DNA from: Paramecium tetraurelia
Lineage: Eukaryota
Assembly: GCA_000165425.1 (NCBI GenBank)
Contig: CT868441.1
Span: forward strand, 62,001 to 126,000
Reading direction: 5' to 3'
DNA length: 64,000 bases
In this document: positions 54,604 to 64,000 of the stretch, one piece after another
Numbering within the stretch: the first letter of the stretch is position 1
How the letters are laid out: each line of letters opens with the position of its first letter
Translations under genes and position numbers: made by a program
Notes under the pieces: model-generated
The model's database searches: none
What the model saw: the letters and a program-made list of their open reading frames with translations, nothing else
What the model was told of the DNA's origin: nothing

Positions 54604-55816
54604 ATGTCATTATTATCAAAATTTACATCCATATTTGGTTCTAATTATAATACATAGGCTTCCGATACTCCGTTAAATTAATAACTATAAGAAGTGCTTA
54701 CCTAAATACTAAAGGCAAATAATAAAATAGATTTAAAGCAAAAGTCAGAACTTCTAGCCCAATATCTATTGGAAAAGGAAGGTAAATTGCAATCTTTACT
54801 ATGTTAGAACATATCGAGTATTTGTTCTCATTTTTATAAACTACATCTAAAGATCTCAATCCGTTATCAGTTGTTCATTTACTATCAGTAATCCACTAGC
54901 AATTCTAATACAATGAATTAATTTAAGATGTTGCTATTAAGTTAAGAGAAACAAAAATGCCATGGATTCAATTAGAAAAACATGAATGGCAATCTACAAA
55001 GACGGAGCCTGATTTACCAAAGAAATAGCAATCATAAATCATACTTACAGAATTTGAAGACTCTTCTCGTCCAGCAGCCATATATGCTCAATTGTGTTAT
55101 GTATATTTGTAAAGATTGGCAGCCAATATTGATTTATATAGAGCTGTCTCAAAATTTATGTACCCATATGTTAGTGATAAAGACTAAATAGAACCTAAAC
55201 TTATGTTTTTATGGCATTACAAAATTCAAAACTTAATAAATTCGGGCTTAATATTATTGTAATATGATCAAGAATTAGTTGAAATTCAAACTGCTCTCTA
55301 TTAGGATGTTTGGAAATTTTAAAAATTTATATGCGTTGAAATTGAAAAAATTATTGATTAATATGTGACACTACCCAGTAGTGATACTTTATCTCTTTAT
55401 GAAATATATCAAGAAAGTACAAAACATTATGAAATTCTCCTAAAATTTCATCAATTCACATAAACAACGACGGAAGCTCCTCGGGAATGTCATTTCAATA
55501 ATGTTAATTTATAGGAATTTTTAGGGTTTGTTTCTAAATTAAAATTATTGAATTTGCCTAACTTTAAAAAGAAAATTAAAGTTCCTAATAAAGGTGATCC
55601 TGGAATGGGAGTTCCTACCAGAAATCCGAAAGTAAATGTCTTAGTTATAAATAGGTCAGACATTTAAAACATTAAAGTAATCAATTCCTTGTAAACGATA
55701 CAGACAGTAGTGATTCTGACGGTGTCGCAGATATAAATCCTTAAATAATCTAAAAAATCAAGAATAAAACTGTGCATTTAAGGGGTGAAAGTACTTTTCA
55801 ATAAAAATATAAATGA
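54604..55816 (+). CDS. Hypothetical helical protein (possibly ANTH/ENTH-like)
   Basis: MSLLSKFTSIFG...; VVHLLSVIHQQF; short introns; TGA at 55814-55816. Confidence 0.55.
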
Positions 55817-56101
55817 TCAATAAATCGTAATTTTAATTTATAGATTAAAAGTACTTATAATTTTAATTAATTTCATCATTACTTTCAAGATACACTCTAT
55901 TTATCTAGCAGAGTTTCAAAAATAGGATAAGCTGAAAGAACATCTTTGTATTCATAGATTTATGGATAGTGAAGTTTACTTCTTTATTAGATGATCAAAA
56001 ATTAAGTTAAAGAAATTGGGCTTTATTGATTGGACGAAATATATTCAATTTGAATTTAATAGCCGCGAATATATTGGCGCTTCTTTATTATATTAAAATT
56101 A

Positions 56102-56922
56102 ATGGATATTGCTCTATGTTAAAATCCTAATCATGATAGTTAACGTCTAAAATATATATGTGTAGATCCAAATTGTAATGTTGCAAAAAGAATAGGTATT
56201 CATTTTGAATTTAATTAGGCTGTGCTGATTGTTTTCTTGATGATCATATAACACACATTAGAAAAACAACTGCTTAATTTAAGGAACAAGTAAGTTAATC
56301 TATAGACACAATTTCTTAAGTTGAATTCTCAAAAGCTAATAGTTCTCCTTAAAAAGATTTAGATTGTCAAATAGATTTTGAATTAGAAAATTGTATTGAA
56401 AACATTAAGTCAAGGTTTTTAGCTATAAAAAATGATTTAAAGTCTTAGATTGATAGTGATATGTTAAAAGTACAAGATAATTGCTCTTAATTTAAATAAA
56501 ATATGAACAATGAACTAAATCCATTCAAATTAACTATTGAAAATGAATTACCTTCTTTGAATCAGTATGAACTTAATTAATTAGTCAAATTTTATTAAGA
56601 GGCTCCAAAAATTCACAAACATTATTCAAAAGCTTCTGAACTCCTTCAGGATGAAAAATCAAAAGTAAAATAAAAAAAATAAAAGCATTTAAACAAAATG
56701 AAAAGTATAATACAAGTATTACTTAAGGAGTTTAATGATTTAATGACAACAAAAAATGTATAAATTGATGATTGCAGTGAATATGAAACTCCTTAAAAAT
56801 ACACAATGTCTCCTAATAAAATGATAAATCTTGTAGAAACTGCACGTTCAACAAGACGATTCCCTATGTCTTAATCTTAAAAAAAATATTTCTTATCTGC
56901 TGTTACAAAAAAGCTAGATTGA
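56102..56922 (+). CDS. N-terminal Zn-binding (B-box-like) plus coiled-coil protein
   Basis: CQNPNH...YICVDPNC...|GCADCFLDDHITH followed by coiled-coil. Confidence 0.65.
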
Positions 56923-56962
56923 TTAATTCATTTGTTATATTTATATTAATAAATATTTAAGT

Positions 56963-58016
56963 TCATTTATTTTATGCTTTTTTATAATCTTCTTTACATC
57001 CAAAAATTATTTTTTTAAAATCATTTAAATATAAAGATATAATTTTTAGTTTTTATATAGCTTATTAGCTCTTTACTTCATAATTATCATCCTCTTCTTT
57101 TTTCTCCTCAATTTTATTCTACTATTTTTTATTCTCTTCCTTTTTTAATTTTTTATCATCCTTTTTATTGTTTTCTTATTTTGCTTCCTCCAATTCATGC
57201 TTAATCTTTTAAGTTCCTTCCTAACATCGATTAAATAAATTATCAATGGCCATTAAAATCCTTCCTAGACTTAAATTCTTTGATGATGCTTCATTTGCTG
57301 AAGCTTCTACAATTTATATTAATTAATTTCTTTCTGATATTTTTTCTTCTAATTTCTTCTATCATTATTGAATTGTAAAATTTCGTGATTTCTGTCCTTC
57401 TCATATTAGGTTGATTCATATTTCAATTTTTCATATAAATTTTCCATGGATGAATGCTCCTCAACCAATTTTGTATTTTAACTTGATAATGTACTATGTC
57501 TTTCTAAAATTGATGACATATCATGATATTACTCTGGATATTGTTTTGCAACGCTATCTAAATATTCTTCATATTTTTTCATTGAGGTAACTGTTTTGAT
57601 ATTAAATTACACATACCCTTCTTCTCAAGCCTCTATTATTTCTTTGATAATTCCTGCAATAGTCCATTCAATTCTTATATCTCTTTTTCCTTTTACAATT
57701 TTTATCGTTTCTCTTCTTCCAGTCTCCCTTCTGCTCTCTTTTTTTTTGCCTCATTATCTTATAAAAACTTGCAAAACTTGATCAAAGATTCTTGTATTTC
57801 CATGTCCTTTGAACGAATCTTCTCTTCCTCTAGTTTAAACTTGACCTCTTGTCTAGTTCCTATTTATAATAATCACTTTTAAAATTCCTCTCTCTATGCT
57901 TCAAAAGCCTCATGAACTTCATACATTTTCCTTCTTTTTTCTAGCAATTTAGTTGCAGGACTAACAGTATCATATTGTAAGTGGCTTGGTAAATTTCTTT
58001 TACCCTAATTATTCAT
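56963..58016 (-). CDS. CCDC42/CFAP73-like (DUF4200) ciliary coiled-coil protein
   Basis: VSPATKLLEKRRKMYEVHEAF motif followed by an extended coiled-coil. Confidence 0.7.
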
Positions 58017-58153
58017 TCAAAATATTAATATATTATTAGTAATTCAGCTCTCTATAATTATTGAATTCTAAGAATCCCTAAGCTTGTTCGGGGGTTTTAT
58101 ATTCAAAATAATAAGTATTTTTTGGAAGTACAAAAATTACATATTTTTATTAA

Positions 58154-58771
58154 ATGTTAATTTATAAGAAAGCAACTCCTTAGGGTACATCATATTATAA
58201 ATATAAATAGAACTATAAAAGTATAGGGATGATCAAGTTAAAAGCTGGAAAAAGGAGAAGGATTTACAAAGATTAAACGAAAGCTAAGTCAACTAAATGT
58301 TGGATTTATTTCTTTTATTTGCCAGTCAACGTACATTTACAATAAGAGTATAATGTTATGCTATATGCAGACTAAAGATGTCGAAGCCTAAAATACTCTC
58401 TTGAGAGTGAATGAAGAGTCGACTTTATTTTCGAATGTCTTATCAAAAATGAATCTCGTTGACGAAGATCTAAATTTTATTGATTTCTTGAAGCTCTATT
58501 TATAATGCATTGTAAATATAAGCGATGACCGATATAGGGGGAAGCATAATAGGAGGAAAAAATAAAAGAATTATTTACAACTCTGAGTGCGAAAGGGGCA
58601 ATCAATCTAGAAGACTTAAAGAGACTGGCTTAAGAGTTGGATCACTATCATTTAAAGGAGGAAGACTTAAATGAAATAATGAAAGTGGTATCAGGCAATG
58701 GACAAGAGATTACAGAGGAGGATTTTATAAGATTTTATACACAGATAGTGAAAAGTTAAAGATAATTATGA
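58154..58771 (+). CDS. Divergent centrin/EF-hand-like protein
   Basis: KGAINLEDLKRLAQELDHYHLKEEDLNEIMKVVSGNGQEITEEDF resembles the centrin C-lobe; 3 introns. Confidence 0.7.
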
Positions 58772-59664
58772 TAAAAATTATATATAGGTTTAGTACATAA
58801 TAAATAAACTATTACACTATTCTTGAACTCAATGCAACATGCACCTAGAAACAGATCAAACAAAACTATCTGAAACTGGCCAAAATCTATCATCCTGATG
58901 TTTACAAGGGAAATGATGCCAATAGGTGAGATTAAATATTCATTTTAGATTTAAGCTCATTTAGGAGGCATACAACACACTCAAGACTCCAGAAAAAAGG
59001 CAATCATATGATCAAACAATATTTAAGGAAAGAGCTTTTGCAAATTAAGAAAGGCCTCAAAGTAGTGAATCCGAAGAGAATACATAGAAGAATGAATACA
59101 CAGCAAAACAAACTAAAGATGGAATAAATTTCACATTCACTAAAAAGGAATACAAGGATGCAACTGAGGAAAAGACTGTTGAAGATGAGTTTAGGAAATT
59201 CATGTAGGAACCTCTAAAAATTAATCCAGAAGAAGTTAAAGTTTACGAAAATGTTGTGGCCAGACAAATGACAAAGGAACATAAGGCTTAAGATGAATTC
59301 ATTATAGCCAAAGAGAACAAGTGGAAGATCTTCTTTTTTAAGGCCCATTAGATTGGTTATTCCTAATAAGTGAAGGAATATATAAAAGGAATAAATTAAT
59401 AGTGGCAAGAAAAAAAGAATGATACTGAAGAGATGAAATAATAGAAAAGGCAAATGCAAAAGCGAATTGCTAATGTAATTCCATTTATATCATTGACTTT
59501 AGGGCATTTTCTTTATTTTTATTGGGCTCTCTCTACCATTCTTTTATTCAGCACTAGCAAGAAGACAAGAAATTGATAAAGACTTTAAGGAGGATTTAGA
59601 TTTTCTTTATAAGGTGGCAGATCAAATGGATTATTTAGAAATATCAACTAGGTTTGTCTATTGA
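58768..59664 (+). CDS. DnaJ-domain protein, probably mitochondrial, with C-terminal TM segment
   Basis: MIKIIYRFST presequence-like start; NYYTILEL...IKQNYLKLAKIYHPD. Confidence 0.85.
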
Positions 59665-59730
59665 GATAAAATGTTAATTATATATATAATAAGAAAAAAA
59701 GATATTAATTAAATTAATTTCTGAGAAAAA

Positions 59731-60064
59731 ATGTCTAATTAAGTGAATTTCGGAGAAGGTAAAATTAATGAAAATTACCCATCTTCTATAAAGACTATGT
59801 TGGAATAAGGAAAAGATCCAAAAGATTTATTAATTTAATATTGCAGACCATAATGTAAGTGGTATGATGATAAATACGACAGATGTGTAAAGGCATTCTT
59901 ATCCTTGAAAAATGCTGATCCCGAGAAGAATTGTGTACATTTAACATTTATTCTCTAAATAGATGTATCCATATAGAGATTTGGTGACATGTGTTGAAGC
60001 ATGTGTTCAACCTAAAATATAGCATGCACTCAAAGGCAACGAACACGGTTTCATATTCCATTGA
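59731..60064 (+). CDS. UQCRH: Cytochrome b-c1 complex hinge subunit (QCR6)
   Basis: DPKDLLIQYCRPQCKWYDDKYDRCV...EKNC|MYPYRDLVTCVEACVQPKI shows the hinge-protein Cys pattern. Confidence 0.85.
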
Positions 60065-60300
60065 AATAATATGATCTATAATAAAATATACAATAACCAT
60101 TATTAAAATCTCATAACATTCAAAGTTTTTTAGATTCAATTATGAATTATGAAATTAGGTTAATTTACATTTATAAATTAAACTAATATGGAATTCCAAT
60201 GCGTAAAAGAAGATAATAAATAATGAGTATTTTGAGATCACTCAATAATTGAAAGCAAATAGATTTTATATTTGAATCGAATTTTGTAATTGATTAATAC

Positions 60301-60829
60301 TCAAGCAATCGAAATAATTAATATAAACACAACTTATGAAATTGCCAAGCCAACTACAACATTCTTGAAATAGCTAAAAAAGGTCAAGGCCAATTGAAGA
60401 TATTTAAGAATATTCAAGATAAATTAATTGCTTCCCACTAATGACCTTAAGGTTGATGACAATTCATCATTGTTCACTACATTATGAATCTGCAAATTTA
60501 CATCTCTTATCTAATTTCTTGGTTTATTAGTAATGAATGATAAGCAAAATCATCTAAGCAGTGATCCAAATTTATCCTAATTATGGCTTTGATCCTACAT
60601 ATTCAACTGATTTACCTAATAATTGAAACAATGCAGTGACTACTGAAACCAAAATTGCAACATAAATAGTTCCCTTATTGTATTAAGATTATTTGGCTTT
60701 GATTTATTGGATTAGTTTGTATTGGCTTTCCTAAGTTTCTGCCTAATCCATTTATTGTGCTTCTTTTAAATCTTGCTCACTCATTCTCGATTCAATTTTC
60801 TATCTACGCTTTTCTGAAATTTAATCCAT
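60301..60829 (-). CDS. Small 3-TM membrane protein with basic N-terminal motif (GET2/CAML-like candidate)
   Basis: MDQISEKRRQKIESRM; three hydrophobic helices in the C-terminal half; 2 introns. Confidence 0.6.
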
Positions 60830-60853
60830 CAAAATTTATATAATTAATAAAGA

Positions 60854-61512
60854 ATGTCATCGAAAAACTATAAATTGATTCATTAGAAAATTCCAAATAC
60901 TACACGTTATAGGGATGATCAATTACCAATCAACAATAAATACTATGTTCGATTAACATAAGATTCCACCAGAGTTCTAGATTTGATTGATAAGGATAAA
61001 TAAATTCCACATTTATCAATGATTGATCGATTTTGGGGACAAAAAACACAAAGATTACCAGAACCTATTCATTAAGAAGAAAAGCATGTGTAATTACCAT
61101 AAGAAATTATTCCTAAAGAAGAGGAGAAGAAAGAAACACTGCCTTAAATCGAATAAAAAACTGAAACTCCATTGAAGAAAACCATAAGTCTAAAGCAGTT
61201 TAAGGAAAGCTTACTTTTTGATGAGAGAACCAGTTCTATACCTAAAACAACAATTTAGAACCATATAATTGAAGATTTAATAAGGGATAGCGATATTTTT
61301 TTAAAGAAATCTGAAATGATAGAGCAAGTGCAAAGTTTGAAGAGGTTAAAAGTGCTTAAGAAATACGAAGCTAATCAGTATTTTTTAATTTCATATTTAG
61401 TTAAAATCTTCCTGGAGTAGGCAAATTACCGTACATCATCAATGATTACCATTCCAAGAGCACAAATCCAGGATACTCCAGAAATAATAAAGGAAATTTT
61501 TTTACAAGATGA
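60854..61512 (+). CDS. Hypothetical protein with CFAP276/C1orf194-like C-terminal motif
   Basis: Ends INDYHSKSTNPGYSRNNKGNFFTR*. Confidence 0.55.
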
Positions 61513-61546
61513 AAACAATATTAAAATATATTTAAATTAAATATAT

Positions 61547-64000
61547 ATGAGTCGACCCTCTGCATCAACTTCTAGTAATTCTAGAAGCTCAAGATCGCGT
61601 TATGGTAAGGAAGTCAAAGAGTTGTAGGATGCTTTGAATTAAAACAAAATTGAATCGAAGAGAGATGCAATCAGAAAAGTAAAATTAAATTTTAAATTTT
61701 GTAGATTATTGATGCTATGACTAGAGGTAAAGATGTTAGCATGCTCTTTCCCGATGTCGCTAAAAATATGGAAACCGCCAATTTGGAACTTAAAAAATTA
61801 GTCTATTTGTACATCATCAATTATGCAAAAATCATGCCAGACCTTGCAGTTATGGCTATAAATAGCTTTAGAAAAGATGCTAGAGACAAAACTAATCCAT
61901 TTTTAAGAGCATTAGCCATCAGGACCATGGGATGTATAAGAGTAAAGCATATCACAGAATATTTATTGGATCCATTAAAAGAATCAATCAAAGTAAATTA
62001 TTGTCACATTTTATTATAGGATGAAGATTCCTATGTCAGGAAAACTGCAGCTATTTGTATTTCTAAATTATATGACGTCTCTCCAGAATTGATCGATGAA
62101 TAAGGACTTTTGAAGCTATTAGAAAATCTTCTTAATGATGGCAATGCTATGGTAGTTGCAAATGCTGTATGCGCTTTACTAATAGTATAAGAATCTAAAG
62201 GGACAACTATGCTCCAATTAAATGCTTAAACAATTTAAAAAATATTGACAGCCATGAATGAATGTAATGAATGGGGTGTGATTTATTGTCTTGATGCTTT
62301 AGCACTCTATATTCCAGAGGATGGAAAAGAAGCAGAAGCGTAATAACAATATCTAATATCAATAGTATATTGGAAAGAGTCAGTCCACGATTGAATCACA
62401 GCAATCCAGGAGTGGTTTTATCAGCCTGTAAAATTATGATGAAATTCCTTGATTATCTTTAAAATCCAGAAATTATTAGATAAAATGCACTTAAAATGAC
62501 TGCCCCATTAATTTCTTTACTGAGCTTAGGTAAAGAACCAGAAATATAATATGTGGCTCTAAAAAATATAAATCTAATCATTTAAAAGAGGCCAATTATT
62601 ATTGAAAAGGAAATTAAAGTATTCTTTTGTAATTTCAATGATCCCATTTATATTAAATTATAGAAACTGGAAGTGTTATCCAAAATAGCTAATTAAGATA
62701 ATATTCAATAGATTTTGCATGAATTAAAAGAGTACACACAAGAAGTTGATGTCGAATTTGTTAGAAAATCAGTTAGAACTATAGGTAGATGTGCAATTAA
62801 ATTGGAAAAGTCTGCAGAGAAATGTGTTACTGCTTTATGGGAGTGTCTGAAAACTAAAGTGAATTATGTTGTGATGGAATGCATCATTGTTATTAGAGAC
62901 ATTTTCAGAAAATACCCACGCAAATATGAAATGATCTTAAAGGATCTATGTGAGAATCTAAAAAGCTTAGAAGACCCAGAGGCCAAAGCATCTATGATTT
63001 GGATCATCGGAGAATATGTAGATACAATTGAGAATGCTGACGATTTATTGTCTAATTTTATTGAGAAGTAAACTAAAATTTTAATATTAAGTTTCAAAGA
63101 CGAACCAGCTAATGTGTAAAATTAAATGTTGGTTGCAGTGATGAAATTGTTTTTGCAAAGACCAGTAGACGGAAAAGAAATTATTCATAATTTATTAAAG
63201 GTAGCAACAACGGAATGCGAAAATCCAGATGTGAGGGATAGAGCTTATATTTATTGGAGAATGCTATCAACTGATCCAGAATTAGCAAAAAAGATTGTGT
63301 TCTCAGAGAGACCTCCTATTTCTGATGCTAGTTACACACTTGAAAATGAACTCTTAGATAAATTAATTGAAAATATTGGAAATCTCAGTTCAGTTTATAC
63401 AAAAAAGCCAGAAAGCTTTGTTAAAAAATTGAGAGAAGTCTTAAATTCAAAAATGTAAGACAAACCAGAGGAAGTATATGAAGGTGAATAACTAATGGAT
63501 GGAAGACCAGAAGATTATAGTGATTAATAAGCAGGTCCATAATCAAATGTTTATGAAGGAAATTACGAAACATCATCATAAATACAATAATAAACTAATG
63601 CGTAATCATAAATTTAATAAGTTTTATAAAATATAGATTTATTGGATTTAGATGATTCATAAGAACGACAATAATAACCCCCACCATCATCATAATAATA
63701 ATAATAATAATAATAACAATAACAATAACAATAACAACTATAATAAAATATTAAACTACCATTTTCTGAAGTCCTTAGTTCCATTACTTCAGGAGCATAA
63801 TAAAAAATAGTTGGACTTTAAATTGAAGGTGCTTTCTAAAAAAATGGAGATCAGATTATCTTAGAATTAAAATTTGCCAACAAAACTCAGGATAAAACTT
63901 TTTAAGTATTAAAACATCTTATTTAGGGTTTTGGAATTAAATTTAACAACAATCCATTTAGATTATAACCGGATTCTATTGAAATTTCTAGTCCACCTAT
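61547..64000 (+). CDS. AP-1/AP-2 complex beta subunit (beta-adaptin), runs off window
   Basis: [68 protein letters not shown]; poly-Q hinge. Confidence 0.97.

Noticed and set aside
56060..56082. Imperfect GC-rich palindrome upstream of the Zn-binding gene
   Set aside because: Single short instance with mismatches and no second copy noticed in the window
63690..63750. (TAA)n/(CAATAA)n microsatellite
   Set aside because: Encodes the poly-Gln hinge of beta-adaptin under table 6; not a non-coding repeat or CRISPR array

Overview
Eukaryotic, AT-rich, gene-dense DNA from a ciliate macronuclear genome, almost certainly Paramecium. TAA/TAG read as Gln and only TGA stops. Introns are tiny (about 21-30 nt, GT...AG) and many intergenic spacers are under 100 nt. 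The supplied standard-code ORF track therefore only shows gene fragments; I re-read genes by hand with translation table 6, so some boundaries may be a few nt off. About 33 protein genes are supported: housekeeping genes (eIF3d, RPS4, RPL28, RPS3a, RPL11, CDC123, PDI, H+-PPase, UQCRH, beta-adaptin), signalling genes (two CNBD-type K+ channels, PKG, a PH/CAMK kinase, MORN) and ciliary/cytoskeletal genes. The most notable structures are: (1) two ~2000-aa GPI-anchored Ig/FN3-like surface proteins tightly flanking a cyclic-nucleotide K+ channel; (2) a tandem triplication of an OSCA/TMEM63/TMC-like channel whose middle copy is a frameshifted mosaic, with spacers that differ by an exact TA-bounded, IES-like 115-nt deletion; (3) an ATGA stop/start overlap between a centrin-like gene and a DnaJ gene; (4) CCHC zinc knuckles in both K+ channels. 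No rRNA, tRNA, CRISPR array or transposase was recognised.
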